Source of the DNA: Aliivibrio fischeri ES114
GTDB lineage: Bacteria > Pseudomonadota > Gammaproteobacteria > Enterobacterales > Vibrionaceae
Reading direction: 5' to 3' (one strand)
Assembly (NCBI RefSeq): GCF_000011805.1
Contig: NC_006841.2
Length of the DNA: 32,000 nucleotides
The notes below the pieces were generated by a model that was not told the DNA's origin, made no database searches, and was given only the letters and a program-made list of their open reading frames with translations. This document shows positions 9,592-20,048 of this stretch, one piece after another (position 1 is the stretch's first letter; the number at the start of each line of letters is the position of its first letter). The translations under genes were made by a program, and so were the position numbers.

Positions 9592-10416
9592 TTAACATTC
9601 AATTTTTGGCGTTGCAGCACTGATGCGCTGTTTTCTATCGTGAGTTGGAGCATCAAAATGACTTTCTAAAAGACGCTGCGTAATTGAATGTTGAGGGTTA
9701 GAAAAAATTTCCTCTGTCGGCCCTTTTTCTACAACTTCCCCTTCATGCATCACCATTACTTTATCGGTAATGTGTTTCACTACACCTATGTGTTGTGATA
9801 CATAAATAAATGAAATGGCCATTTCTTGTTGCAATTCCAAAAATAAATTAATGATTTGAGAACGCATCGCCATATCTAAACCGTTTAATGCTTCATCAGC
9901 AACGATAATTGATGGTTGAAGAATCAATGCACGAGCCAAACAAACACGCTGTTTTTGACCTGTTGCAAGCATTTGTGGGTAAAAATACGCATGCTCAGGT
10001 AATAAGCCTACACGAAGCAAGGTGTCCTTTACTCGTTGTTGGCGTGCTTCAGGTGGCATGCTGGTATTACGTTTTAATGGGCCTTCTAAAATTCGGCCAA
10101 TTTGAATTCTAGGATTTAATGAGGAGTTTGGATCCTGAAAAATCATTCGAATCAATTTACAGCGAGTTTGGAAGTCTTTGTAATCTAATACTTCGCCATT
10201 AACTTTGATTATCCCTGATGTTGGTTCAACAACTCCTGCTAACATACGAGCAAGTGTGGATTTACCAGAGCCATTCGCTCCAATAAACCCAAGAGTTTGT
10301 CCCGCTTCTAAAGAAAAGCTAACGGGCTTAACTGCCTCACGTACTTGTTTACGAAATAATCCAGTACGAAATACATAGTCTTTTTTAAGATCAGTAACTT
10401 CAAGAAGCGCAGTCAT
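9592..10416 (-). CDS. sapF: Peptide ABC transporter ATP-binding protein SapF
   Basis: Walker [10 protein letters not shown], signature-like TGQKQR, Walker B IIVADE, and its position as the last sap gene. I set the start at ATG 10416 (MTALLEV) with GAGGAG 7 nt upstream. The ORF-track TTG at 10431 gives an unlikely MRRRR extension. Confidence 0.8.
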   Translation of the reverse strand: MTALLEVTDLKKDYVFRTGLFRKQVREAVKPVSFSLEAGQTLGFIGANGSGKSTLARMLAGVVEPTSGIIKVNGEVLDYKDFQTRCKLIRMIFQDPNSSLNPRIQIGRILEGPLKRNTSMPPEARQQRVKDTLLRVGLLPEHAYFYPQMLATGQKQRVCLARALILQPSIIVADEALNGLDMAMRSQIINLFLELQQEMAISFIYVSQHIGVVKHITDKVMVMHEGEVVEKGPTEEIFSNPQHSITQRLLESHFDAPTHDRKQRISAATPKIEC

Positions 10417-11413
10417 TCTTCTTCTCCTCAAAATTTAATGGGAAATGGCAGCTAAATTTGTGATCTTTCACTTTTTGTCTCTCTGGAACTTGAACACATT
10501 TACGTTGCGCATATGGACAACGAGGCCCAAGACGGCAGCCAATGGGTAAATGTTGTAGAGGTGGAATTGTGCCAGGTAGTGATTCCAACTTAGCTTTATG
10601 TGGGATCCCATCTTTACTAAAATCAGGCATAGCACGAAGCAGTGCATTGGTATAGGGATGCTTTGGTGCTTCAAGGATATCTTTACGACAAGCTGATTCT
10701 ACCGATTGACCACAATACATCACCGTGATTCGGTCTACCCACTGAGTAAGGGTGATTAAGTCGTGGCTGATTAATAAAATTGTCGTGTTATTAACCTGGT
10801 TCATTCGACTTAGTAGACGGAATATTTGTGACTGTGTCACTGCATCTAATTCATCGGTTGGTTCATCTGCAATTAAGATACGTGGTTTGTTGGCAATCGC
10901 CATTGCGATCATCACTTTTTGACATTCACCATCCGTTAATTCATATGGATAGCATTTCATTATGTGTTTATGATCTTTAATACCAACCTTGTGGAGTAGG
11001 GCTATTGCACCTTTCGTTCGCCAATTCCATCTTTGCCACCAGCTACCAGTAAAGTACTTGGAAGGAATCGCTTCTTTTAGTTGGTTACCCACTTGTTCTG
11101 ATGGGTCAAGGCAGGTTGATGGCTCTTGGAAGATCATTGCCATTTCACGTCCGATAACTCGGCGTCGCTCTTTAGGAGATAGGGCTAATAAATCAATGTT
11201 ACCTAGACGCATACGGTCTGCACTGATTTTCCAGTTATCTTTAGTGATACCTAAAATGGCTTTAGCAACGAGAGATTTTCCTGAGCCAGATTCTCCCACT
11301 AAACCACGAATTTCACCTTCATTTAAGGTTAAGCTCATGCGGTCAACGGCTTTCACCATGCCTTGTGGCGTTTCTAACTCAATGGTTAAATGGCGAATAT
11401 CTAATAATGGCAT
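10400..11413 (-). CDS. sapD: Peptide ABC transporter ATP-binding protein SapD
   Basis: Walker A GESGSGKS, Walker B ILIADEP, and an oligopeptide-type C-terminal extension. Gene order is sapABCDF next to pspF, as in E. coli. Confidence 0.8.
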   Translation of the reverse strand: MPLLDIRHLTIELETPQGMVKAVDRMSLTLNEGEIRGLVGESGSGKSLVAKAILGITKDNWKISADRMRLGNIDLLALSPKERRRVIGREMAMIFQEPSTCLDPSEQVGNQLKEAIPSKYFTGSWWQRWNWRTKGAIALLHKVGIKDHKHIMKCYPYELTDGECQKVMIAMAIANKPRILIADEPTDELDAVTQSQIFRLLSRMNQVNNTTILLISHDLITLTQWVDRITVMYCGQSVESACRKDILEAPKHPYTNALLRAMPDFSKDGIPHKAKLESLPGTIPPLQHLPIGCRLGPRCPYAQRKCVQVPERQKVKDHKFSCHFPLNFEEKKNDCAS

Positions 11414-12300
11414 TATTCTGTCCCCGCATTTAACGCACGTTGAATACCGTCACCAACTAAGTTGATGATGATGACTGTAAAGGTAATTACAATTCCAGGT
11501 AACGTCACTGTCCATGGTGCTGTATAAATTAACTCAACAGAATCTCCTAACATGGCTCCCCACTCGGGACTAGGAGCCTGTGCTCCTAAACCTAGAAAAC
11601 CTAACGCAGTGATATCTAAAATGGCAATAGAGATAGCAAGCGTCATTTCTGCAACCATAACGACAAGAATATTAGGTAATATGGAATTCCATAAGAGATA
11701 GAAGTTGTTTGCTCCATCTAATCGTGCAGCAAGAATATAATCCTTTTCAACCTCATTATGAACCGCTGTATAAACAGCTCGAACAAAGCGTGGGATAAGC
11801 GCGAGCCAAATAGCTAATAAAATATTAAATTCCCCAAATCCTAAAAATGCCACGAAAATGATCGCAAGCAATAAAGATGGGATAGATAAAATGGTATCGA
11901 GTAGGTGGTTTAACGTACTGGATAGTAATCCCTTTGTCATACCTGCAAAAATACCAATTACGCAGCCAACAAACCCTGATAGCAGGGCAACGATAACCGC
12001 ATAACCAAAAGTTAATTGTGATCCCATAAGTAATCGTGACAAGATATCTCTACCTAGGTCGTCAGTACCTAAGAAAAAGATAACCTCCCCCTCAGAGCTC
12101 CATGATGGAGGCATCAGTAAATAATCTGACTGCCATTGTGGATCATATGGACTTAACCATGGCGAGGTGACGGTGATAATTACAATCAGTAATAAGCACC
12201 AAAAACCGAACATCGCGAGTGAATTCGCTCGATAACTCAACCAGAAACGTTCCATTTGAGTAGGGATATGTTCTTCTTGATAAACATTATTTGAGAGCAT
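11413..12300 (-). CDS. sapC: Peptide ABC transporter permease SapC
   Basis: 295-aa multi-TM BPD-type permease resembling DppC/OppC. Its stop overlaps the sapD start (TAATG). Confidence 0.8.
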   Translation of the reverse strand: MLSNNVYQEEHIPTQMERFWLSYRANSLAMFGFWCLLLIVIITVTSPWLSPYDPQWQSDYLLMPPSWSSEGEVIFFLGTDDLGRDILSRLLMGSQLTFGYAVIVALLSGFVGCVIGIFAGMTKGLLSSTLNHLLDTILSIPSLLLAIIFVAFLGFGEFNILLAIWLALIPRFVRAVYTAVHNEVEKDYILAARLDGANNFYLLWNSILPNILVVMVAEMTLAISIAILDITALGFLGLGAQAPSPEWGAMLGDSVELIYTAPWTVTLPGIVITFTVIIINLVGDGIQRALNAGTE

Positions 12301-13234
12301 AGAACTCTTTCCTTACTAACGGGTTAACTGCTGCACCCAGTAAATCAGATAAAATGTTGGCTAATAAAATGAATGACGCAACAGTTATAACGCCAGCCTG
12401 AATGGCGACAAAATCTTGATTAATAATGGCATCAAGTAGCCAGTGCCCAATACCTGGCCAATTAAAAATGGATTCAGTTAAGATCGCCGCGGTAAATAAG
12501 CCCGATAATTGAACTCCTAATTTTGGAATAATTGGAGGTAAAGCATTACGGATTATGTGCTTGACCATGATTTCAAATTTAGACAGGCCTTTAGTATGAG
12601 CAACTTTGATGTAGTTTTGTGTAATAACTGTTGCGACGGACGAGCGCATTAAACGAACAACTTCTGTCATCGGCGCAATGGAAAGTACTAATGTGGGTAA
12701 AATTAAATGCTGAATAATGTTCTCAAGCATTTCTGCCCGATAAGGCGATTTTGAGGCAAGCACATCAATAAAGGCAAACCCTGTTTTAGCATCGAATTCA
12801 TACAATAAGCTGTAACGACCTGAAACTGGAGTTACGCCTAGTTGTAAACCTAATAAAGCAATCCAGAATAAAGGCATGGAATAACCAACTAATGCGATTG
12901 ATGAGATTAGTGTATCTAAAGGCTTACCTCTACGCATTCCGGCAATAGTACCAATCGGCGTACCTATAATCAGTGCAATAAAGAAAGCAAAGAAACAAAG
13001 TTCGATAGTCGCAGGGAAGACTCGAAGTATTTCATTAAGCATTTTTACGCCATATTGATTAACTCCTAAATTACCGTTTAATAGTTGACCAAGATAAGTT
13101 AACCAACCAGATAAAAAAGGCGTTTGCGCCCAAGCAGATGTATCATCTAGGCGTAAAATATTAAAACCAATCAGAGTTAAAATGAGTAAGGTAATAACAA
13201 ATAAATTAAAGCGTCTAATGGTATAAATCCACAT
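12287..13234 (-). CDS. sapB: Peptide ABC transporter permease SapB
   Basis: 315-aa multi-TM permease resembling DppB/OppB. It overlaps sapC by 14 nt and is TAATG-coupled to sapA. Confidence 0.8.
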   Translation of the reverse strand: MWIYTIRRFNLFVITLLILTLIGFNILRLDDTSAWAQTPFLSGWLTYLGQLLNGNLGVNQYGVKMLNEILRVFPATIELCFFAFFIALIIGTPIGTIAGMRRGKPLDTLISSIALVGYSMPLFWIALLGLQLGVTPVSGRYSLLYEFDAKTGFAFIDVLASKSPYRAEMLENIIQHLILPTLVLSIAPMTEVVRLMRSSVATVITQNYIKVAHTKGLSKFEIMVKHIIRNALPPIIPKLGVQLSGLFTAAILTESIFNWPGIGHWLLDAIINQDFVAIQAGVITVASFILLANILSDLLGAAVNPLVRKEFYALK

Positions 13235-14859
13235 TAGTTCAACTCCTTAACTCTAACAACGTTATGGAAAGAGTAAGTATTAAAAGGGCTTAATGTGAAG
13301 CCTGTTAAAGAAGATTGATTTGCTTGATATTTAACACCGTGAGCCAGAGGGATAACGGGTAATTCTTCACTTAATACATTTTGGATTTGGCGATAAATAT
13401 TAATACGATATCTTGGTTGATTTGTTTCTTTAGCTAAATCTAATAACAGATCAAACTCCTCGTTACACCAGTTTGCAACACCAAAACCCGCTTGTTTAGC
13501 ATCACACGAAAGTAACGGTCTAAGTAATGAATCAGGATCTGAACTGTTTGCATTCCAGCCTGTAAGCACCAAATCGACATCAGCATCTTTTAATTCATTC
13601 GGATTTAAAATATCAGAGGTGAGTATTTTTAAATCTATGCCTAATTTTGCAAAGTCACTTTGAATAATCTCTGCAGATTTTTTCGGACTTGGATTGTATG
13701 AGTTATTATCCAGCGGGACCCACATGGTGAGTTCTAACCCATCTTTAACGCCGGCTTCTCGTAACAAGCCTTTGGCGTAATTGAGATCATAGCGAATGTG
13801 TGAGCTGTCATTACCATAAGCCCATGATGCGGGAGGTAAAATGGATTTTGCTTCAATTCCTGAATTGTAATAAACCGAATTAATTAGGCTAGAACGGTCG
13901 ATAGCAAAACTGAGTGCCTTTCGAACTCGTTGATCTTGTAATATCGGTTCTCGCATATTAATTGCGATATAAGCTACATTCATTGCCGTTTGTGAGTATA
14001 AAGTCAATGCATCATTAGCAATAATGATTGGTAGTTGGCTTGATATTGGATTGGCAACAACATCGCATTCTTGGCGCAGTAATTTTGCTAAAGAGCCTGT
14101 CCCTCTGCTAGAGATATCAAAGACAACTTGAGACATGTTTGCAGGACCTTGCCAGTATTGTTCATGACGCTTCAAGCGAACTAATTCACTTCTTTGGAAT
14201 TGAGCTAACTTAAATGGACCAGTACCTACTGGCTTAACATCAATTAATGTTTTTTCGTCTATTGCTGCTAATTGTTGTGCGTACTCCTCTGAATGAATAA
14301 CCGCATAGCTTGCAGCGAGAACTGATAAGAAAGTGTTATCTGGTGTTGATAAAGTAAATCGCACTTTATGAGGGGTGATTGCTTCAACAGATGTAACCAT
14401 TTGAGAAAAGTTTATGCTGTTAAACCAAGGATAGTCTCCTGAATTAACGTTATGAAATGCGTTATTTTTATCTAAGATTCGATTAAAACTGAATGCTACA
14501 TCACTAGCTGTTAAAGCTCGGGATGGAGTAAACCATTCGGTTGTATGAAATTGAACATTTTCTTTTAAATCAAATGTATAAACTGTACCCGTATCATCAA
14601 CCTGCCAAGAGGTCGCGAGGTTAGCTGAAGGTTTTTGCGTAACAGGAGCTATGATAAGCAAACGGTCATAAACTTGAGCGCTTATGGCCTCCAGAATGCT
14701 GTTGCCGTCAGAAATCTGTGGGTTGAAAAAATCCACATTTCCAGATTCACAATAAATGAATCCTGTGTCATGAATCGTTTGTTTGATCCCCGCATCATAA
14801 CAAGCTGTTAGATTAAATAATCCAGTAGCAGCTATGAGTAGGCGCGCAATAATCTTCAT
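13234..14859 (-). CDS. sapA: Periplasmic peptide-binding protein SapA (family 5 SBP)
   Basis: 541 aa with an N-terminal signal/lipobox-like sequence (LIAATGLFNLTAC). SBP_bac_5-like throughout and first gene of the sap cluster. Confidence 0.8.
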   Translation of the reverse strand: MKIIARLLIAATGLFNLTACYDAGIKQTIHDTGFIYCESGNVDFFNPQISDGNSILEAISAQVYDRLLIIAPVTQKPSANLATSWQVDDTGTVYTFDLKENVQFHTTEWFTPSRALTASDVAFSFNRILDKNNAFHNVNSGDYPWFNSINFSQMVTSVEAITPHKVRFTLSTPDNTFLSVLAASYAVIHSEEYAQQLAAIDEKTLIDVKPVGTGPFKLAQFQRSELVRLKRHEQYWQGPANMSQVVFDISSRGTGSLAKLLRQECDVVANPISSQLPIIIANDALTLYSQTAMNVAYIAINMREPILQDQRVRKALSFAIDRSSLINSVYYNSGIEAKSILPPASWAYGNDSSHIRYDLNYAKGLLREAGVKDGLELTMWVPLDNNSYNPSPKKSAEIIQSDFAKLGIDLKILTSDILNPNELKDADVDLVLTGWNANSSDPDSLLRPLLSCDAKQAGFGVANWCNEEFDLLLDLAKETNQPRYRINIYRQIQNVLSEELPVIPLAHGVKYQANQSSLTGFTLSPFNTYSFHNVVRVKELN

Positions 14860-14936
14860 AATGACCGTAGTTTTATCGATTTAAATTAATGAACCTGCCA
14901 TTTTATACCCAAGTGACTGGTTCTGCACTCAAATAT

Positions 14937-15956
14937 CTAAGAATATCCCTTGATTGTGGTCAAGAGTTGATGTTTTTTTAATAATCCACGAAATTGATGG
15001 TAAGTAATGCCTAATTCTTCAGCAGCTTTTCGTTGGTGGTACTGTGTTTCAACTAATGCTTGTTGCAGTAATTCTTTTTCTTGATCTAATTGAAATTGCT
15101 TTAGATTCAAAGGTAAAGATGGTTTGCTATCTTGCGTTACCGTCTTGTTGATTATAGTTGAAGAATTTTTTGTTGGCGCATTTTCCCAAGGTGCAATAAA
15201 TGGGTTTATTTGAATGGATTCTATCTGAGCTTCTTCATGGTTATGTTTAAATACCGCTCGTTCAATACAATTACGAAGTTCGCGAACATTACCTGGCCAG
15301 TCATAATCTAAAATTTGATGTTTAGCTTGGTGCGAGAAACCAGCGAAATAAGTAAGGTTCATTTCCTGACACATTTTGATTGCAAAATGTTCTGCAAGTA
15401 ATAAAACATCGTTTTCACGGTATCGCAGTGGTGGTAGATGAATGACATCAAAAGAGAGTCTATCTAATAGATCTGCTCGAAATTTTTTCTCATTAACCAT
15501 TTCTTGAGGGTTTTGATTAGTTGCACAAATTAGACGAACATTGGCTTTTAATGTTTGTGACCCACCAACTCGTTCATATTCACCATACTCAATCACTCTA
15601 AGTAGCTTTTCTTGTACAGTAAGAGGAGCAGTAGTGAGTTCATCTAAAAATAAAGAGCCGCCATCGGCACGTTCAAATCGACCTTGATGACGTTGCTTTG
15701 CACCCGTAAAAGATCCTGCATCGTGGCCGAAAAGTTCCGAATCGAGAGTTCCGGAGTTTAGAGCTGCACAATTTAAGCTAATCAATGGCTCATTCCAGCG
15801 TCTAGATAAAAAATGCAAACGCTGAGCAATTAACTCTTTACCTGTTCCTCTTTCACCAAGGATTAGTATCGGTCTATCAATTGTCGCTAATTGTGAAGCA
15901 TGGTCTAACGCAGATAAGAATGCATCAGACTCCCCAACTAAACTGTCTTTTCTCAT
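14937..15956 (-). CDS. pspF: Sigma-54-dependent activator PspF (AAA+ domain plus C-terminal HTH, no receiver domain)
   Basis: GERGTGKELIA Walker A, GAFTGA-type loop (GSFTGA), DELTTAP Walker B, C-terminal HTH (QRKAAEELGITYHQFRGLLKKH). Divergent from pspA. Confidence 0.9.
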   Translation of the reverse strand: MRKDSLVGESDAFLSALDHASQLATIDRPILILGERGTGKELIAQRLHFLSRRWNEPLISLNCAALNSGTLDSELFGHDAGSFTGAKQRHQGRFERADGGSLFLDELTTAPLTVQEKLLRVIEYGEYERVGGSQTLKANVRLICATNQNPQEMVNEKKFRADLLDRLSFDVIHLPPLRYRENDVLLLAEHFAIKMCQEMNLTYFAGFSHQAKHQILDYDWPGNVRELRNCIERAVFKHNHEEAQIESIQINPFIAPWENAPTKNSSTIINKTVTQDSKPSLPLNLKQFQLDQEKELLQQALVETQYHQRKAAEELGITYHQFRGLLKKHQLLTTIKGYS

Positions 15957-15980
15957 CAGATCTCCATTCTTATGGTTATT

Positions 15981-16032
15981 TTGACCAAAAAGTAGTGGTT
16001 TTAATCATGACTTATTTTTATTGTGTGGTCAA
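15981..16032. promoter_or_regulatory. Candidate PspF upstream activating sites (inverted TTGACCA heptamers)
   Basis: TTGACCA at 15981-15987 and TGGTCAA at 16026-16032, about 40-90 bp upstream of the sigma-54 element. The assignment rests on position only. Confidence 0.3.
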
Positions 16033-16069
16033 TTTTAAATAAGTTATTGATTTTTATGGAGTGAAAAAG

Positions 16070-16085
16070 TGGCATGCATTGTGTA
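16070..16085 (+). promoter_or_regulatory. Sigma-54 promoter of pspABC
   Basis: TGGCAT-GCATT-GTGT has correct GG-N10-(G)T spacing. E. coli pspA, as I recall it, also has a TTGT-type -12 element. Located 47 nt upstream of ATG 16132. Confidence 0.55.
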
Positions 16086-16131
16086 ATAGCTATATTAAAA
16101 GCAAAATCGTTTATTTAGTGAGGATTCAATT

Positions 16132-16797
16132 ATGGGTATTTTTTCACGTTTTGCAGATATCGTTAATTCTAATGTAACTTCTTTATTGGATAAGGCTGAA
16201 AATCCAGAAAAAATGATCCGTTTGATCATTCAAGAGATGGAAGATACGTTAGTTGAGGTACGCACAGCATCAGCAAAAGCGTTGGCAGATAAAAAAGAGT
16301 TAACTCGCAAAATTAGCTCTATTGAAGCACAAGTTGCTGATTGGCAAGATAAAGCAAGTTTGGCATTACTTAAACAAAGAGAAGATCTTGCGCGTTCAGC
16401 ATTAATTGAAAAACAAAAAGTTCAGGATATTCTTTCTAGCTTAAAAACCGAATTTATTTTGGTAGAAGAGAGTATTGAGAAGCTGAGCGCAGAATTAATT
16501 GAGTTAGAAACTAAACTGACAGAAACAAGAGCAAGACAACAAGCATTAGTCATTCGCCAACAAACTGCACAGCATAGGAATGACATAAAATCACATACAC
16601 ATTCGGGTAAGACAGAACGTGCTATGGCTAAATTTGAGCAATATGAACGCCGAATTGATGAGTTAGATGCTAAAGCTGACAGTTACTCTATTGGAAAAGC
16701 AAATTCATTAGAACAAGAGTTTGCTGAACTGCAAGCGCAAGATGAAATTGATAAAGAAATTGAGCGTCTAAAAGAACAAATGAAGAAAGACGCATAG
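16132..16797 (+). CDS. pspA: Phage shock protein A
   Basis: 221-aa coiled-coil protein with the canonical N-terminus MGIFSRFADIVNSNVTSLLDKAENPEKMIRLIIQEMEDTL. Confidence 0.95.
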   Translation: MGIFSRFADIVNSNVTSLLDKAENPEKMIRLIIQEMEDTLVEVRTASAKALADKKELTRKISSIEAQVADWQDKASLALLKQREDLARSALIEKQKVQDILSSLKTEFILVEESIEKLSAELIELETKLTETRARQQALVIRQQTAQHRNDIKSHTHSGKTERAMAKFEQYERRIDELDAKADSYSIGKANSLEQEFAELQAQDEIDKEIERLKEQMKKDA

Positions 16798-16860
16798 TCT
16801 TCTACCTGAGCAACAATTATCTGAATGGGTAGAGAGTTAATAATTATTTAGGAGAAAACA

Positions 16861-17085
16861 ATGAGTAGCTTTTTTGCTTTCCCATTGGCTGTATTTTTTA
16901 TTTTTGTTGCACCTTTATGGTTGTTTTTGCATTACCGAAATAAAGGCAAAGCAGGCCAAGGTTTGTCATACGAAGATGGTCAGTTATTGAAATCAATGAC
17001 AGAACGTGCAGATAAAATGCAAAAACGCATTGAAACGTTAGAGAAAATCCTAGATTCGGAGTCCCCAAGTTGGAGGGAGCGCTAA
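16861..17085 (+). CDS. pspB: Phage shock protein B
   Basis: 74 aa with a single N-terminal TM and a position between pspA and pspC. GGAG lies upstream. Confidence 0.9.
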   Translation: MSSFFAFPLAVFFIFVAPLWLFLHYRNKGKAGQGLSYEDGQLLKSMTERADKMQKRIETLEKILDSESPSWRER

Positions 17086-17471
17086 TGTCACGAGAGTTAT
17101 ATAGAGATACTCGAAACGGAAAAATTGGAGGAGTATGCGCTGGTATTGCTCAATACTTTGGAGTAGAACCTTGGATTGTACGCATATTAGTGGTTTCCGC
17201 TGCGCTTTTTAGTGCGGGCTTTTTAGTTATGCTAGCGTATTTTGCTGGGATGCTATTTTTGGATAAAGCACCTATCGAAATGTATTACCGAGCAGAAGAA
17301 AGTCGTGAGCATACAGTAAAAAGTAAGCCATGGCAGGCAGGGCAATCTGCATCAGAGGTAATTAAGCGTGTAGATCGTGATATGGCAAGAATGGAAGAGA
17401 AAATTCGCCGTATGGAAGGCTATGTAACCTCTTCTGAATATAAAGTACGTAAAGAGTTTCGTAACTTATAA
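17085..17471 (+). CDS. pspC: Phage shock protein C
   Basis: PspC-domain motif LYRDTRNGKIGGVCAGIAQYFG plus a TM segment. I set the start at ATG 17085 (TAATG overlap with pspB, GGAGGGA upstream) rather than the ORF-track TTG at 17070. Confidence 0.9.
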   Translation: MSRELYRDTRNGKIGGVCAGIAQYFGVEPWIVRILVVSAALFSAGFLVMLAYFAGMLFLDKAPIEMYYRAEESREHTVKSKPWQAGQSASEVIKRVDRDMARMEEKIRRMEGYVTSSEYKVRKEFRNL

Positions 17472-17503
17472 CCTTATTTATAACAAAGTAATACCTTGTT
17501 CAT

Positions 17504-17533
17504 GGAGTGTTCAGATTAGGTTCTGTACACTCC
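17504..17533 (+). terminator. Hairpin between pspC and ycjX (possible partial terminator or attenuator)
   Basis: ggagtgt...acactcc, a 7-bp stem with an extension, followed by a weak T-run (actttgt). Confidence 0.25.
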
Positions 17534-17566
17534 ACTTTGTATGAATGAATAAAGTGAGAACAATAA

Positions 17567-18964
17567 ATGAGTAAATTAGCTAAAGAAATGAACAGATGGG
17601 TTAGTCGTAGTATGGATCGCCATGTGAAATTGGCTGTCACAGGACTTTCTCGTGCAGGTAAGACTGCATTTATCACCTCTTTAGTTAATCAATGCTTGCA
17701 TGCCTCTACAAGTGACAAGCTACCCTTGTTATCTGCGAGTCGTGAAGGGCGAATGATTGGAGCCAAACGAGTTCCGCAATCTAACCTATCTATTCCAAGT
17801 TTTACTTATGACGACGGAATGGATTCACTGTTATCTGATCCACCAACTTGGCCAGAACCAACAAGAGACGTTAGTGAACTACGTTTAGCCATTAAATTTA
17901 AACCTAAGTCTGGGGTGCTTAAGCATTTTCAGGACAGCGCAACTCTGTTTGTCGATATTGTTGACTATCCCGGTGAGTGGTTATTAGATCTGCCTTTGTT
18001 GGATATGGATTATTTGGCATGGTCAAAACAACAGCAAGCTAATTTAACAGGGCATAGAAAAGTGCTTTCAGAGGCGTGGTTGCAAGAAGCGAAACAGTTA
18101 GATCCTCTGGCACCTGTTGATGAAAAAAAATTGGCACGTATTGCTGATGCATTTACTGATTATTTGCACACTTGTAAAAATGAAAAGGGACTGCATTGGG
18201 TACAACCTGGTCGCTTTGTGTTACCTGGAGAGCTTGCTGGTGCGCCAGTTTTGCAATTTTTTCCGTTTATGTTTTTACATAAATACACAGAAGAAGAGTT
18301 AGCAAAAGCAAAGAAAGGGTCAAATATTGCTGTGCTCAAGCAACGTTATAAGCATTACCAACAGAATGTGGTTAAAAAATTCTATAACGACCATTTTCGC
18401 CATTTTGATCGTCAGATTGTTTTAGTTGACTGTTTGCAGCCATTAAATGCAGGGGAAAATTCATTTAATGATATGCGACAAGCAATAGATCAATTAATGC
18501 ACAGTTTTCAATATGGCAAGAGCTCATTACTTAAGCGTTTATTTTCGCCAAAAATAGACAAGGTATTATTTGCCGCAACAAAAGCGGATCATGTTACTCC
18601 AGAACAGCACCCTAATATGGTGTCGTTGCTTCAACAAATGATTTATCAAACATGGCAAGAAACCGCTTATGAAGGAATTAAGATGGAGTGCATGAGCATT
18701 GCTTCTATTCAGGCAACGACTGCGGGAATGATTGATGAAGATGGTGAAATCTTTGCAGCAATTTCTGGAATAAATACAGCTCAACAACCAATGATGATGT
18801 TTCCTGGAGAAGTACCAAAACGTATACCAAGTAAAGCGTACTGGGAAACAGAACCATTTAATTTTATGAGTTTTCAGCCATTAAAAAATGAGAATGATAG
18901 ACCGTTACAGCATATTCGAATGGATAAAGCGATACAGTTCTTATTGGGAGATAAATTGATATGA
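17567..18964 (+). CDS. ycjX: YcjX-family P-loop NTPase
   Basis: 465 aa with Walker A GLSRAGKT near the N-terminus. Same length class as E. coli YcjX and ATGA-coupled to ycjF. Confidence 0.85.
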   Translation: MSKLAKEMNRWVSRSMDRHVKLAVTGLSRAGKTAFITSLVNQCLHASTSDKLPLLSASREGRMIGAKRVPQSNLSIPSFTYDDGMDSLLSDPPTWPEPTRDVSELRLAIKFKPKSGVLKHFQDSATLFVDIVDYPGEWLLDLPLLDMDYLAWSKQQQANLTGHRKVLSEAWLQEAKQLDPLAPVDEKKLARIADAFTDYLHTCKNEKGLHWVQPGRFVLPGELAGAPVLQFFPFMFLHKYTEEELAKAKKGSNIAVLKQRYKHYQQNVVKKFYNDHFRHFDRQIVLVDCLQPLNAGENSFNDMRQAIDQLMHSFQYGKSSLLKRLFSPKIDKVLFAATKADHVTPEQHPNMVSLLQQMIYQTWQETAYEGIKMECMSIASIQATTAGMIDEDGEIFAAISGINTAQQPMMMFPGEVPKRIPSKAYWETEPFNFMSFQPLKNENDRPLQHIRMDKAIQFLLGDKLI

Positions 18965-19986
18965 GTGAATTAAAAAAACAGCGTGTTTTTCAATCGCAGG
19001 AACTAAAACAACAAGATGTAATTGAATCGCTGAACACTCAAAAATTGTTTAATGATAATGTGACATTTATTCCTCAGAAGACTGAGGATGAAGAGGAGCT
19101 AGATAGCTCTGATATAGAAATGTCATTGATAAAAAAGAGAACGCATTGGAGCATTAAAACTCTGATTATTGGTTTTTTAGGTTTAACGCTTTGGCAGAGT
19201 ATTGATCATGTCATTACTGCAATTCAATCGGCAAATTTTCTTTCATTAGGGTGGGCTGGATTAATCAGTTTTGCAGCATTACTGGGTGTGACGGCTATTG
19301 GTCGAGAGTTATTGACACTTCGTAAGTTAAAAGATCGTGCAGAGCTTCAAGAGCAAGTTACTGAACTGATTGATGGGAATGGCATAGGGCAAGCAAAGGT
19401 GTTTTGTGAAGGTTTGGCTAGAAAAAACTTGAAACTTAACCCTATTGAATATACTCGCTGGCAGAACAGCATTGAACCACATCACAGCAATGCTGAAGTA
19501 TTTGAAATGTACGATAGCATGGTCATCTCTGTTCAAGATAAACGAGCAAAAGCGTTAATAAGTAAGCATGCTGGTGAATCTGCTCTAATGGTTGCATTAA
19601 GCCCTTTAGCCGTGGTCGATATGTTATTAGTTGCATGGCGTAATATCAGATTAATAGAGCAAGTATCCGAAGTTTACGGGGTTGAATTAGGCTATTGGGG
19701 CCGCTTGCGTCTGTTTAAAATGGTTCTACAAAATATGGCTTTTGCTGGAGCAACAGAAATAGTAACGGATGTTGGTGTTGATATGCTTTCTACTGGTTTA
19801 GCTGGAAAATTATCAACTCGTGCAGCTCAAGGTTTAGGCATTGGTTTAATTACGGCTCGTTTTGGTTTGAAAACCATGAACTTAATGCGTCCATTGCCTT
19901 GGATGAATGATGAAGCCCCTAAATTATCTGATATGCGTAAAACGATAGTTACTCAGCTGGCATCAAAGTTAGGTACTCAAAATTAA
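18961..19986 (+). CDS. ycjF: YcjF-family inner-membrane protein (DUF697)
   Basis: 341 aa with two central TM segments (IKTLIIGFLGLTLWQSI and LGWAGLISFAALLGVTAI). Start overlaps the ycjX stop. Confidence 0.8.
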   Translation: MSELKKQRVFQSQELKQQDVIESLNTQKLFNDNVTFIPQKTEDEEELDSSDIEMSLIKKRTHWSIKTLIIGFLGLTLWQSIDHVITAIQSANFLSLGWAGLISFAALLGVTAIGRELLTLRKLKDRAELQEQVTELIDGNGIGQAKVFCEGLARKNLKLNPIEYTRWQNSIEPHHSNAEVFEMYDSMVISVQDKRAKALISKHAGESALMVALSPLAVVDMLLVAWRNIRLIEQVSEVYGVELGYWGRLRLFKMVLQNMAFAGATEIVTDVGVDMLSTGLAGKLSTRAAQGLGIGLITARFGLKTMNLMRPLPWMNDEAPKLSDMRKTIVTQLASKLGTQN

Positions 19987-20048
19987 AACTAATTAGCATC
20001 TTCATAAAAAATCATACTATTTACAAATCAATTAATGATAGTATGACG

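Noticed and set aside
9909-11465. ORFs 9909-10112 (+), 10468-10674 (-) and 10989-11465 (+) within sapF/sapD
   Set aside because: They are antisense or alternative frames of clearly conserved ABC ATPase genes. Their composition looks like reversed codons of the true genes.
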